The notes: a model not told the origin generated them from the letters alone. A DNA stretch of 61,627 nucleotides from Myxococcota bacterium (GCA_036336835.1 JAYZFK010000078.1:1-61627); one strand, 5' to 3'. Shown: positions 31,140-41,504, numbered from the stretch's first letter. Translations and numbers: made by a program.

Positions 31140-31946
31140 CTACTCGCTCGTCGGGCCGCTGAAGCGCGGTGTTCGTTTCTCGCGGTGCGCGGCGAGCCCT
31201 TCCTTCACGTCCGGACCCCCGAGGCCGTAGAATTCGAAGGCGAGCGACGCGTCGAAGCTCGGTCCGAACATCCGATACCAGTTGTTGAGCGTGTGCTTGG
31301 TCCAGCGGATCGCGCTCTGCGATCCGGCGGCGAGCGAACGAGCCACCTCGAGCGCCTTGCCGTGCACCTCGCCGTCCTCGACGCACAGCGATACCAGTCC
31401 GATGCGCTCGGCCTCCTCGCCGGTGAGCGTCTCGCAGGTGAGCAGGTAGTACTTGGCCTTTGCCATGCCGCACAGCAGGGGCCAGCAGATCGCGGCGTGG
31501 TCGCCCGCGGCGATGCCCAGACGGGTGTGTCCATCGATGATGCGCGCGCTGCGCGCGGCAATGGACACATCGGCCAGCAGAGCCACGACGAGCCCCGCAC
31601 CGACGGCCGGGCCGTGGATGGCCGATACCACCGGCTTCGAGCAGTTGATCACGTTCATCACGATGTCGCGCGCCTCGCGCAGCACGCGCGTGCGGGCGGC
31701 GAAGTCGTCGATCAGGTCGTCGATCAGCTCGAAGCTGCCCCCCGCCGAGAAGGCTTTGCCGGCTCCCTGGATGATGGCGACCTGAACGTCCGAGTCCCGG
31801 TCGACCGCGAGCCAGACATTCGCCAGGTCGCGGTGCATCTGATGGCCGACCGAGTTGAGGCCGGGCGCGTCGAGCACGATGCGCAGGATGCCCTCCTCGG
31901 GCCGCTCGAAGCGCAGGCTCGAGAATTCTTGGTAGCGGTCGCTCAC
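31140..31946 (-). CDS. Enoyl-CoA hydratase/isomerase family protein
   Basis: [35 protein letters not shown]. Confidence 0.9.
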   Translation of the reverse strand: MSDRYQEFSSLRFERPEEGILRIVLDAPGLNSVGHQMHRDLANVWLAVDRDSDVQVAIIQGAGKAFSAGGSFELIDDLIDDFAARTRVLREARDIVMNVINCSKPVVSAIHGPAVGAGLVVALLADVSIAARSARIIDGHTRLGIAAGDHAAICWPLLCGMAKAKYYLLTCETLTGEEAERIGLVSLCVEDGEVHGKALEVARSLAAGSQSAIRWTKHTLNNWYRMFGPSFDASLAFEFYGLGGPDVKEGLAAHREKRTPRFSGPTSE

Positions 31947-32103
31947 GGGGATGCCTCCGGCGCCGCCCTGGCGAGCGGGATGTTGCAGTGGGACCGATCA
32001 GGATACCTCTGCGCGGTGAGCTGTGACCGGCGATCCGCCGGTCGCGTGGCCGGTGGGCGCGGTCGGGCTATGTTCGCCCGTCCCGCTGGACGAGAGACGT
32101 GCG

Positions 32104-34773
32104 ATGAGCCGACCACCCCGGACGATCGACCCGGATTCGATCGCCAAGCACTTCGACCCTGCCGAGGCGCAGCAGCGCTGGCACGAGACCTGGGAGCGCG
32201 ACGGGCTGTATCGCTACGACCCGTCGAAATCGCGCGAGGAGACCTTCGTCGTCGATACGCCGCCGCCCACGGCGTCTGGTGAGCTCCACGTCGGCCACGT
32301 GTTCTCGTACACCCAGACCGATGTCGTCGCGCGCTACCAGCGGATGTGCGGCAAGAACGTCTTCTACCCCATGGGCTGGGACGACAACGGGCTGCCGACG
32401 GAGCGCCGCGTCCAGAACCACCTCCACATCCGCTGCGATCCGCACACCCCGTACGAGGAGGGGCTCGAGCTCGAGCCGCCGTCGGGCAAGCAGCGCAAGA
32501 AGCCGCCGAGGCTGGTCTCGCGCCAGAACTTCATCGAGATCTGCGCAGGTCTCACTGCCGTCGACGAGCAGGTGTTCAAGGATCTGTGGCAGAAGCTCGG
32601 GCTCTCGATCGACTGGAGCCTCGAGTACGCGACGATCGACGATCGCTGCCGCGGCCTCGCTCAGCGCTCGTTTCGCGATCTGTTCGACAAGGGCCACCTG
32701 TACACCACGTACGCGCCGACGATGTGGGATGTCGACTTCCAGACCGCGGTCGCCCAGGCCGAGGTCGCCGACAGGGAAGAGCCCGGCGCGTATCACAACG
32801 TCGAGTTCGCGGTCGAGGACAGTGAGCAGGGCTTCGTGATCGCGACCACGCGCCCGGAGCTGCTGCCGGCGTGCGTGGGCGTGTGTGCCCACCCCGACGA
32901 CGAACGCTACCAGGGCCTGTTCGGAAAGAACGCGGTGACCCCGCTGTTCTTCGCCCCGGTGCCGATCTTCGCGAGCGAGCTCGCGGATCCCGAGAAGGGA
33001 ACCGGCATCCTCATGGTGTGCACGTTCGGCGACGCCACCGACGTGCTGTGGTGGCGCGAGCAGGGGCTTGCGCTGCGCCAGCTCGTCGGGCGCAACGGCC
33101 GCCTGGCCGAAGCCGAGTTCGGGACGGACGACTTCCCGAGCCTGCGGCCCGAAGACGCGAACCGCTACTTCGCCGAGCTCGCCGGCAAGAACGTCAAGCA
33201 GGCCCGTCGCGCGATCGTCGAGCTGCTGCAGGACGCGGCGGGAAGCGCCACGGGGCACTCGGCTCCGCTGCAGGGCGAGCCCGAGCCGATGGTGCACACC
33301 GTTCGCTACTACGAGAACGGCGACCGTCCGCTCGAGTACGTGCCGACGCGCCAGTGGTTCTGCCGGCTGCTCGACAAGAAGGACGCGCTATTGCGCAAGG
33401 GTGAGCAGATCCAGTGGCACCCTGCTCACATGCTCAATCGCTACCGCGACTGGACCGAAGGACTTGCCATCGACTGGTGCCTGTCGCGCCAGCGTTACTT
33501 CGGCGTTCCGATCCCGGTCTGGTATCCGCTCGATTCGAACGGCGAGCGCGACTACGAGCATCCGATCTGTGCCGAGATCGAGCAGATGCCCGTCGACCCG
33601 ATGATCCACACGCCGCCGGGCCACGACGAGTCGCAGCGCGATCAGGCCGGAGGCTTCACCGGCGAGGCCGACATCTTCGACACCTGGTTCACCAGCTCGT
33701 TGACGCCGCAGATTGGCTCGCACTGGGGAACCGACGACGATCGGCACGCGAAGCTGTTTCCGGCCGATGTGCGGCCGCAGGCGCACGAGATCATCCGTAC
33801 GTGGGCCTTCTACACGATCGCAAAGGCCTTGCTGCACGAAGACAGCATTCCGTGGCACCACGTGTTGATCTCGGGCTGGATCCTGGACCCGAATCGCAAG
33901 AAGATGTCGAAGAGCAAGGGCAACGCCCTGGTCCCGACCGAGCCGATCGAACGCTTCGGTGCCGACGCCGTCCGTTATTGGGCTGCCAGTGCACGACTGG
34001 GCGTCGACACCGCGCTCGACGAGCAGATCTACAAGATCGGCAAGCGGCTCTCGACGAAGCTGTACAACGCCGGCAAGTTCGTGCTCGCGCAGCAGGCGCC
34101 GCAGCACCCGATTCGCTGCGAGCTCGACCGTGCCTTCGTCGCCAAGCTGCGCCGGCTGGCCGCCCGCGCCGCGGTGAGCTTCGACGAGTTCAACTACGCC
34201 CAGGCGCTCCAGGACACCGAGGCGTTCTTCTGGACGCACTTTACCGACACCTATCTCGAGCTCGTGAAGCCGCGGGCGCGCTGGGCCGTCGACGGCGATA
34301 CCGCGGGTGAGCGCGCGGCGCAGTGCGGGTCGGCTGTGGCGGCGCTGCGGCTCGGGCTCGATGTGCTGCTGCGGATGTTTGCCCCGGTGATGCCGTATGT
34401 GACCGAGGAGATCTGGTCCTGGGTGTTCGCCGGGGAGACCGGTCACCCGAGCATCCACCGCGCGCCGTGGCCGACCGAGGGCTCGCTGGCCGAGATCGCT
34501 GCACCGGACAGCGAGTTCAGCTTCGACCACGCCGTCGCCGCGCTGGCGGCGATCAACAAGGCCAAGGCCGACGCCGAGGTGTCGATGGGCCGCGAGGTCG
34601 AGCGACTGGTGCTCGCGGCCAACGCGAAGACACTCGAAGCCCTGGCTCCGGTGCGCGAGGACGTGCTCGCTGGCGCGCGCGTCCACCAGTGGGAACCCCT
34701 GGCGGACGAGGCCCTGGAGGACGGCGCGTTCGAGGCGCGCGAGGCGAGCTTCGTCGAACGCCCGGAGCGCTGA
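32104..34773 (+). CDS. valS: Valine--tRNA ligase (type 2-like)
   Basis: DTPPPTASGELHVGH, GWDDNGLPTER, TTRPELL, DWCLSRQR, DTWFTS, KMSKS. Confidence 0.95.
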   Translation: MSRPPRTIDPDSIAKHFDPAEAQQRWHETWERDGLYRYDPSKSREETFVVDTPPPTASGELHVGHVFSYTQTDVVARYQRMCGKNVFYPMGWDDNGLPTERRVQNHLHIRCDPHTPYEEGLELEPPSGKQRKKPPRLVSRQNFIEICAGLTAVDEQVFKDLWQKLGLSIDWSLEYATIDDRCRGLAQRSFRDLFDKGHLYTTYAPTMWDVDFQTAVAQAEVADREEPGAYHNVEFAVEDSEQGFVIATTRPELLPACVGVCAHPDDERYQGLFGKNAVTPLFFAPVPIFASELADPEKGTGILMVCTFGDATDVLWWREQGLALRQLVGRNGRLAEAEFGTDDFPSLRPEDANRYFAELAGKNVKQARRAIVELLQDAAGSATGHSAPLQGEPEPMVHTVRYYENGDRPLEYVPTRQWFCRLLDKKDALLRKGEQIQWHPAHMLNRYRDWTEGLAIDWCLSRQRYFGVPIPVWYPLDSNGERDYEHPICAEIEQMPVDPMIHTPPGHDESQRDQAGGFTGEADIFDTWFTSSLTPQIGSHWGTDDDRHAKLFPADVRPQAHEIIRTWAFYTIAKALLHEDSIPWHHVLISGWILDPNRKKMSKSKGNALVPTEPIERFGADAVRYWAASARLGVDTALDEQIYKIGKRLSTKLYNAGKFVLAQQAPQHPIRCELDRAFVAKLRRLAARAAVSFDEFNYAQALQDTEAFFWTHFTDTYLELVKPRARWAVDGDTAGERAAQCGSAVAALRLGLDVLLRMFAPVMPYVTEEIWSWVFAGETGHPSIHRAPWPTEGSLAEIAAPDSEFSFDHAVAALAAINKAKADAEVSMGREVERLVLAANAKTLEALAPVREDVLAGARVHQWEPLADEALEDGAFEAREASFVERPER

Positions 34774-34951
34774 CCACCCGGCTGCGCCGCTCGCCCCGGC
34801 CTGGGCGGCCAGTCCTCCAGGCGTAGGGATGTGCTGTCTCGACGGCGCGCGACACCACTCCGAGGGAAGAACAACGCGATCCAGGCCCGGCCCAGCGCAA
34901 TATCGGGTCAAGGATGGGATCCGCACCAACCCGTTGGGTAAAAAGTAAAAT

Positions 34952-34988
34952 CTATTTTTCACCAAAAATAGTGATTCTCTAAAAATAG
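34952..34988. promoter_or_regulatory. AT-rich operator-like site upstream of the TetR gene
   Basis: CTATTTTT-CACC-AAAAATAG perfect inverted repeat (34952-34971) plus another AAAAATAG at 34981-34988. Confidence 0.5.
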
Positions 34989-35060
34989 GTTTTGCTGGAT
35001 TTCGTTTGCGCGGCCTTGTCGAAACGCTTAGCGTTGCCTCGGGGTGAGAGGCGGGCGCTA

Positions 35061-35678
35061 ATGGGGCTGCGCGAGCGCAAGAAGGCGCGTCTGCGCGCAT
35101 CGATTCTGGCGACGGCGGTCGACCTGGCCAGCCGGCGCGGCTTCGACGCACTGCGCGTGCGCGATCTGATCGATCAGCTCGAGATCAGCGAGGCGACCTT
35201 CTTCAATTACTTCTCGAGCAAATCCGAGCTGCTCGACGCCTGGCTCGCGGACGAGCTTGCGAACGCGTTCGCGCAGCTGGCGGGCGAATCCCGCAACCGG
35301 CGCTCCACCCTGCGCCAGCGTGTCCGGCAGCTCGCGCGGGTCGCTGCCAACGCCGAGGGTCTCGCCGCGGCGGCCTGGCAGCGAGGGCGGCTGCAGCGGG
35401 CCGCCGGCGCTGCTGCAGCGCGTAGCGATCTCGCTGCGTTGCTCGCGGCCTCTCGGGATGCGGGCGAGCTGCGCCGAGACATCGAGCCCGTCGAGCTCGC
35501 CGAGCTGCTGGTCGCAAGCGTGGGGCTCGCCATTGCGGTCGCACTCGGCTCGGGCGACCCGCGCCCCGAGGCGCGTGCCCTCCGCGCGGCCGATCTGGTG
35601 CTCGACGGCGCCCGCCGGCGCCACGAGCGCGTGCGTCTGGGCAGCCAGCCGGCTCCGCCGCCCGTCCGCCCGGCTTAG
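35061..35678 (+). CDS. TetR/AcrR family regulator
   Basis: MGLRERKKARLR..IL, ISEATFFNYFSSKSELL, GELRRDI. Confidence 0.9.
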   Translation: MGLRERKKARLRASILATAVDLASRRGFDALRVRDLIDQLEISEATFFNYFSSKSELLDAWLADELANAFAQLAGESRNRRSTLRQRVRQLARVAANAEGLAAAAWQRGRLQRAAGAAAARSDLAALLAASRDAGELRRDIEPVELAELLVASVGLAIAVALGSGDPRPEARALRAADLVLDGARRRHERVRLGSQPAPPPVRPA

Positions 35679-35765
35679 CCCGCTGCGAGGGCGCTCTCGC
35701 GTTGGTGGGCTGCGGGCGGCCTCCGAACGAGGCCGTGGCCCGGTCCAGGGCTGCGGCGCAGCCCG

Positions 35766-37913
35766 CTAGAGCCGCGGTCCTGCGAGCCGCTCGCCAACCA
35801 GGACCGCCTCGAGCGGAACCAGGAGCTCGGCCTGACGGTCTCCGGAACGCAGCCGCCAGCCACCCACGGCGGCGTCCTTGCTGGCATGGGCGAGCCGCAT
35901 TCGGTATCGGCCGTCCTCGTCGGCCGTCGTCTCGTGCTCGATGCGGATCGCACGGGTGCCGGCCGAGACGATGATCCGTGCGCTCACCGAGGCGCCGGCT
36001 GGCGCGCTTCCGACGATCTCGGCGCCCGCGACGCGTTCGAACACCCGGTAGACACGAACGTCTCGCGTGGTCGTGGGCACTTCCGTCGCATAACGCAGTC
36101 GGTGGAAGGCGAGGTTCTTCAGCGGCGCTTCGGTGAGCCTCCGGATCATCGTCCTCTCGCCCAGTCGCGCGCGCGCCACATCGTTCAGGCTCTCGGTTAC
36201 GACGAAGCGCGCCCGGACGCGATCGAGTCGTTCGGCTGCGTGTGGCTCGGCCGAGAGCAGATAGCGGCGGTGCAGCTCGAAGTTCTGCTCGCCGAGGTCG
36301 TCGCCGAAGTTGCCGACCACCATCGGAAGCCGGCTCGAGTACAGCAGTCGGTGCCCCAGGTGCCAGGGCGCCATCACGCCGTACGGCGGTGTGCTCGACG
36401 AGTCGTTGAAGTCCGGGTCGTGGCCGCCGTGCTCACGCAGCCAGCGACCCGCATCGAGCAACAGGCGCTTGCCTTGCAGATACCGGTCGACCGCGATTGG
36501 CTCGCCCCTCAGCTGAGCGACCGTGTGCTCGAGCCCTGGGATGCGCGCTCGCAGCGTCGGCAGCATCAGCAGGGCCGTCGCGAGCACGATTGCAGCCTGT
36601 GCCGGACGCACCCGTTCGAGGGACGCGGCGCGCAGCCAGAGCGCGCGAATCGCCCAGGCCGAGACGAGCGCGACGCCGAGCGCCGCGCTGTTGCCGAAGC
36701 GTCGCTGCTGCAGGGTGGCCAGCATCAGGCCGCCGCTCCAGATCGCGACCAGCAGACGCAGAGCGAAGTCGCGGCGACTGCGCGCTCGCCAGAGGAGCGC
36801 GGCCAGCGTGATCGGCAGCAGCAGGCCGAACCCCGAGAGGTTGCGGAGCAGTCGCGCGGCCGAGAGTCCGCCAACGGCTTGCAGGATGCCCTTCGACTCG
36901 GTGACCTGGCTCTGGAACTGCTCCTGCTTGCCGAGCCAACGCAGGGCGTCGATCGGCGAGTCGGCGAGCCCGGGCAGCAGCACGACACTCAGCGCCGCGA
37001 CGGCGAGTCCGACTGCGATCGCGCTCCCGAAGCGGGCGAGTCCGGATGCGATGGCTCTGCGGCGCCAGAGTGCCGCGCAACAGGCGGCGTGCGACGCCAT
37101 CGCAGCGAACACCCACGGCTGGAAGCGCGACAACACGTTGGCCGAGTACTCACTCCACTGGGGCCAGCTCTGGATCAGACACAGCGGGGCGACCAGGCCA
37201 AGGGCGAGAGCGTGCCCGAGCGCACGCTGGCGCAGCAGCTGGCTCCCGTGCTCGCGTTCCTGTAGAGCGTGAAGCAGCACGCCGAGCTCGATCAGTGCCA
37301 GCTGCAGCAACATGCCCGGCCACAGCAGCAGCGCCGTGGCCTGTGTTGTGGAGAGCAGGAGGCTGGCGCGCTGGGTCGGGGGCGCGGCGAGCACCGGGAA
37401 GGCTGCCCACAACATCACGGCGGCCATCAGAGCAACGGCTGCGTGGTGGTCGAAGAAGCCGGCCGTCGAGTACCAGACGTGTGCCGTGAGCAGCGCGAGC
37501 AGCAGCCCTGCGAGCCGTGCGGTGGCCTCGTCGAAGCAGCGTCGTGCGGCCAGGTAGAGCACCACCACACAGCTCGCGCCGAGCAGTGCGGGAATGGTGG
37601 CTGCGGCCCACTCGGCTGCCGCCACGCCGCCCAGCGCGTCGAATGGAAGCACGGCGAGCGTCGAGAGCCAGTCGAACAGCGGGGTCCAGATCGGTCGCGC
37701 GCCCTGGGGAAAGTTCAGATACGGGTCGAAGTCGAGCCAGTCAGGGAAGTGTTCGAGCCCGTAGAGCACCCGGCGCATGTGATAGTACGCGTCGTTGCCC
37801 GTGAAGTGGGCGCCTTCGCCACTGAAGACCGTCGCCCTCGGCAGCATGCGCACACAGAAGGCGAGCGCGAACAGACCGAGCGGGGCGCGCCACTGTACGG
37901 AACGGGTCGGCAT
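35766..37913 (-). CDS. STT3/AglB-like oligosaccharyltransferase
   Basis: GNDAYYHMRR, FDPYLNFPQG, WTPLFDW, GFFDHH, QVTES, QRRF; WWDYG position reads PWHLGH. Confidence 0.8.
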   Translation of the reverse strand: MPTRSVQWRAPLGLFALAFCVRMLPRATVFSGEGAHFTGNDAYYHMRRVLYGLEHFPDWLDFDPYLNFPQGARPIWTPLFDWLSTLAVLPFDALGGVAAAEWAAATIPALLGASCVVVLYLAARRCFDEATARLAGLLLALLTAHVWYSTAGFFDHHAAVALMAAVMLWAAFPVLAAPPTQRASLLLSTTQATALLLWPGMLLQLALIELGVLLHALQEREHGSQLLRQRALGHALALGLVAPLCLIQSWPQWSEYSANVLSRFQPWVFAAMASHAACCAALWRRRAIASGLARFGSAIAVGLAVAALSVVLLPGLADSPIDALRWLGKQEQFQSQVTESKGILQAVGGLSAARLLRNLSGFGLLLPITLAALLWRARSRRDFALRLLVAIWSGGLMLATLQQRRFGNSAALGVALVSAWAIRALWLRAASLERVRPAQAAIVLATALLMLPTLRARIPGLEHTVAQLRGEPIAVDRYLQGKRLLLDAGRWLREHGGHDPDFNDSSSTPPYGVMAPWHLGHRLLYSSRLPMVVGNFGDDLGEQNFELHRRYLLSAEPHAAERLDRVRARFVVTESLNDVARARLGERTMIRRLTEAPLKNLAFHRLRYATEVPTTTRDVRVYRVFERVAGAEIVGSAPAGASVSARIIVSAGTRAIRIEHETTADEDGRYRMRLAHASKDAAVGGWRLRSGDRQAELLVPLEAVLVGERLAGPRL

Positions 37914-37916
37914 CGG

Positions 37917-38825
37917 TCAGCGGAACCAGCCGTCGCGCGCCTCGAGCCCCTCGGCGATCAGGGTCCGGATCCGATCCTTCACGGCGTCGACGTGTTGCGC
38001 GATGCGCGCGTTGTCGTCATCCGGATCGCCCGCAAAGCGCAGCGGCTCGCCGAAGCGAACACGGAACTTGACGGGAAGCGGCAGGATGCCGAGCGGCCCG
38101 AGCAGCGGGAAGGTCGCGGTGAGCGGTAGCGCCGGTGCGCCAATGCGCTGGGCGATCGATTCCATCCGTGCGAGCCCGGGCGACTGCTCCTCGGAGCCGA
38201 CGATGCCGACCGGCACGATCGGCGTCCCGGTCTGGAGTGCCATGCGCAGGAAGCCGAGCCCGAACTCCTGGAGCTCGTAGGCCTGGTGGTAGGGCTTGAT
38301 GAAGCCGCGCTGGCCTTCCGGGAACACCATCACCGCCTCGTCGTTCTCGAGCAGGGTGACGCAGTTCTGCGGCGTCCCGACGACCGACCCCATCCGCTGC
38401 ATGGCGACGTTGAAGAACGGAAGCCTCGGCAGGTAGTACTCGGCCATGCCTCGCGCGATCCGCGGCGGCTCGCACTCGAGGAACAGTGCCATCGACATCA
38501 TCGCTGCGTCGTAGGCGACGGTGTTGCCCGCGTGGTTTGCGATCAGCAGGACGCGGCCGCTCGGGACCTGCTCGATCCCGGACGTCTCGACCCGCAGCCA
38601 GTGTCGATAGAGCAGCGCCATCGGCAGCATCAGTGGCGCCGTCCACTGCGGATCGAAGCCGAAGGGGTCGTAGCCGTACTCATTGGTGTTCGTCGCGATC
38701 CGCCGCGCGCGGGATTCGAGCTCGCTCCAGAGCGTCCAGGCTTGTGTCGGAAGCCACCACGGCGGCGGGGTGGCCCGTCGCGCGGCAACCCGCGACGGGA
38801 TGGAGCCGCCGTGCCCGCTGGTCAT
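37917..38825 (-). CDS. Lysophospholipid acyltransferase (PlsC-like)
   Basis: YGYDPFG, IANHAG, VFPEG, PIVPVGIVGSEE; start uncertain. Confidence 0.85.
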   Translation of the reverse strand: MTSGHGGSIPSRVAARRATPPPWWLPTQAWTLWSELESRARRIATNTNEYGYDPFGFDPQWTAPLMLPMALLYRHWLRVETSGIEQVPSGRVLLIANHAGNTVAYDAAMMSMALFLECEPPRIARGMAEYYLPRLPFFNVAMQRMGSVVGTPQNCVTLLENDEAVMVFPEGQRGFIKPYHQAYELQEFGLGFLRMALQTGTPIVPVGIVGSEEQSPGLARMESIAQRIGAPALPLTATFPLLGPLGILPLPVKFRVRFGEPLRFAGDPDDDNARIAQHVDAVKDRIRTLIAEGLEARDGWFR

Positions 38826-38952
38826 CCCGGCGAGCTTACCCCGCGTCCCGAGCTGCCGGCCCGCTGCGTGCTGCCTGCTCATAAAAATGCCCGGAGTGTG
38901 ACCGCGATCACACTCAGCCCACGCGCAGGGCCCGAAAGAGTCCGTGAGTCCC

Positions 38953-39010
38953 TTGACGTGGGAAATATTTCCACGTATCCTGAGGACCAATAAGTGGGAA
39001 TTATTCCCAC
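38953..39010 (+). promoter_or_regulatory. Sigma70-type promoter overlapped by two palindromic operators
   Basis: TTGACG (38953)-17 bp-TATCCT (38976); GTGGGAA-ATA-TTTCCAC (38958-38974) and GTGGGAA-TTA-TTCCCAC (38994-39010). Confidence 0.7.
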
Positions 39011-39052
39011 ATACGCGGTCGAGACCGCCTACTACCCCTAGAGGACCTAGTC

Positions 39053-39538
39053 ATGACCATCTCCAACACACTCCGGATTCCCGTGCTCGGGCTCGTGCTG
39101 ATCGGCGCGCTGTCGATCGTGTCCACTGCCACGGCCCAGACCGACCGCTGGCTGCCCACGATCGACGTCGAGCGCGACGCGGATGCGCTGCGCGACGAGA
39201 TCCGGCCGCGGCCCCACGACGTCGACGTGGCCGACACCGTGCTCGTGTTCACCAACGCAACGGCGGTGGAGCGGCGGGTCGTCTGCACTGCGTACGACCG
39301 CAGCGGCGTTGCGCTCGGCCGCGTCCGCTCAGGCCTCCCGGCGCACGGCTTGCGCTACATGCGGGCCTCGGACTTCTCGAACGGCCGCGACTTCATCGGC
39401 CACGCCGTCTGCAATACGTCGGGTCTGGTGATGCCCTCGGCAGTCTTGGTCGGTTCGCAGATCGAGAACCTCAACACCCGGATCGACCAGCGCGAAGACG
39501 CCACGCGCCTGCGCTTCTCGCTCCTCGTGACCTACTAG
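39053..39538 (+). CDS. Hypothetical secreted protein
   Basis: GAGGA RBS; signal peptide ending ATA-Q; two Cys; beta-rich appearance. Confidence 0.7.
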   Translation: MTISNTLRIPVLGLVLIGALSIVSTATAQTDRWLPTIDVERDADALRDEIRPRPHDVDVADTVLVFTNATAVERRVVCTAYDRSGVALGRVRSGLPAHGLRYMRASDFSNGRDFIGHAVCNTSGLVMPSAVLVGSQIENLNTRIDQREDATRLRFSLLVTY

Positions 39539-39645
39539 CGCTGTCCGTCCAGCCGTCCAGCCGTCCAGCAGTCTCTGCAGGCGGCGCGCGGGGCCGGGGG
39601 CCCGCCGATTCGGCGGGTTTCCGGCCCTTCGGCGTCTCGCGCCCG

Positions 39646-40101
39646 CTACTCCGGGTAGTAGCGACTGATCGTGTCGATCACGCAGCCCGGGCGCTCGCTG
39701 CCCTCGATCTCGACCGTGACGCGGATCGTGGCCTGGATCGCGCCGTCCCGGGTCTGTTCGCAAGCGATCAACTCGCCCACCCCGCGGATCCTCGACCCCA
39801 CCACGACGGGCGCCGGGAAGCGCAGTCGATCCGCGCCGTAGTTCACGCCCATCGAGTAGCCGCGAACGTCGGCAATCTGTGGCAGGAAGAGATTGACCAG
39901 CGCCTGGGTCAGGTAGCCGTGCGCAATCGTCTTGCCGTACGGCCCGTCCTTGGCTCGCTCCGGATCGACGTGGATCCACTGATGATCGCCCGTGGCGTCC
40001 GCGAACTTGTCGATCCGATCCTGCTCGATCGTGATCCAGTCGCTCTCGCCGAGGCGCTCGCCGACGTGGTCGTGCAGCTTGTGAGGGGTCTCGAAGATCA
40101 T
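39646..40101 (-). CDS. MaoC family dehydratase
   Basis: FADATGDHQWIHVD, TIAHGYLT, NYGADRLRFPAPV. Confidence 0.93.
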   Translation of the reverse strand: MIFETPHKLHDHVGERLGESDWITIEQDRIDKFADATGDHQWIHVDPERAKDGPYGKTIAHGYLTQALVNLFLPQIADVRGYSMGVNYGADRLRFPAPVVVGSRIRGVGELIACEQTRDGAIQATIRVTVEIEGSERPGCVIDTISRYYPE

Positions 40102-40175
40102 GGCCTGCTCCCGGAGCGGCCGATGCTATCACGCGCCGCCGCCGCCGCGAGCCGACCCGGTGGTATCCTCGCTCG

Positions 40176-41504
40176 ATGCGCGCAGCGAACTCCCGCCGCC
40201 AGCTCCGCAGGCTGGCTACGGCCGCGTGCGTGTCGTGGTTGGCGGCCTGCGCTCCCGCTCCACCCGAGCTGCGCATCGTCCTGATTACATTGGACACACT
40301 GCGCGCCGACGGCCTCAGCGCGACCCACATGCCCAAAACGCACGCCTTCGCGAACCGCGGGCTTCGCTTCGAGCGCTTCTATGCCGCGAGCTCCGCGACC
40401 CAGCCGACCCACGCCACGCTCTTCACCGGACAGCATCCGTGGGAACACGGCGTCGCGCGCAATGGGATCGCACTCGACCCGGCCCACGAGACCGTCGCCG
40501 AGCGACTGCGCGCGGCTGGATTCGCCACCGCTGCGGTCGTGGCCTCCTTTGCGCTCGATCGGCGCTTCGCCCTGGATCAGGGATTCGACAGCTACGAGCA
40601 GGAGTTCGAGCACACTCTCGTGCGCGGCGCCTGGCAGGGAGAGCCCGTCGAGGGCCAGCGCTTCTACGGGCTGGCCGGGCCTGTCGTCGCCCGCGCGATC
40701 GATCGCCTCGATGCGCTGCAAGGGCCGAAGCAGTTCTTGTGGCTGCACCTGTTCGACCCGCACGAGCCCTACGGCGACGCCGCGGGCGGGCAGCGCGCCT
40801 ATCCATCGCGCATCCGCCAGCTCGCGAGCACGCAGGAGCTGAGCCGCTCACACATGCGATACGTGCGCAGGTTGTACGACTCGGATCTCGCCGAGCTCGA
40901 CGCCGCGCTCGGTCCGTTCTTCGCCCGGCTCGAGGCGGACGCCGGGCACATCGAGACGCACGTGCTGCTCACTTCGGACCACGGCGAGAGCTTTGGCGAG
41001 GACGGCAGCTTCACGCACGGCTATCGGGTCTCTCCCGAGCAGGTGCACGTTCCATTCGTGATCGTGTCGCCGAGCCTGGCTCCAGGGGCTCGAAGCGACG
41101 TCGCGGGCTCGCGCGACGTCGCGCGCACGTTGCTCGGGCTCGCCGGTGTCGACACGAGTGGCTTTGCCGGCCGCGATCTGGCGAAGGCGGCGTCGAGCGC
41201 GGCGAGCGAGGCCTTTGGGATGGCGGGGCAGTTCGGCACGGCACCCGAGATGCGGACCGACGGCAGCGAGGTCGACGCGAGCGAGCCGCGCTTCTTCGCC
41301 GCGTACGGCGACGCGCTGCTGACCGGGGATGCGCGGCGGGTCGTCGAAGACGACCGGGACGATCGGCTCGTCGACGAGACGCGCGCGGCGCCGGCGCGAG
41401 AGCTGTTCGCCGAGTTCGATCAGCAGCGGCGCAGTCGAGAGTCGCCCCTGCTGCGCGATCGCGAAACGGAGGACGCGCTGCGAGCACTCGGCTATCTCGA
41501 GTGA
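40176..41504 (+). CDS. Sulfatase-fold lipoprotein with Thr at the nucleophile position
   Basis: Lipobox LAAC; ITLDTLRAD, SSATQPTHATLFTG, DPHEPY, TSDHGESFGE, LRALGYLE. Confidence 0.82.
   Translation: MRAANSRRQLRRLATAACVSWLAACAPAPPELRIVLITLDTLRADGLSATHMPKTHAFANRGLRFERFYAASSATQPTHATLFTGQHPWEHGVARNGIALDPAHETVAERLRAAGFATAAVVASFALDRRFALDQGFDSYEQEFEHTLVRGAWQGEPVEGQRFYGLAGPVVARAIDRLDALQGPKQFLWLHLFDPHEPYGDAAGGQRAYPSRIRQLASTQELSRSHMRYVRRLYDSDLAELDAALGPFFARLEADAGHIETHVLLTSDHGESFGEDGSFTHGYRVSPEQVHVPFVIVSPSLAPGARSDVAGSRDVARTLLGLAGVDTSGFAGRDLAKAASSAASEAFGMAGQFGTAPEMRTDGSEVDASEPRFFAAYGDALLTGDARRVVEDDRDDRLVDETRAAPARELFAEFDQQRRSRESPLLRDRETEDALRALGYLE

Noticed and set aside
29502..32282. 926-aa plus-strand ORF
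   Set aside because: Antisense shadow of the P450 and crotonase genes
39545..39568. CCGTCCAG x3 direct repeat
   Set aside because: Short microsatellite between convergent genes; no spacers and no cas genes, so not CRISPR
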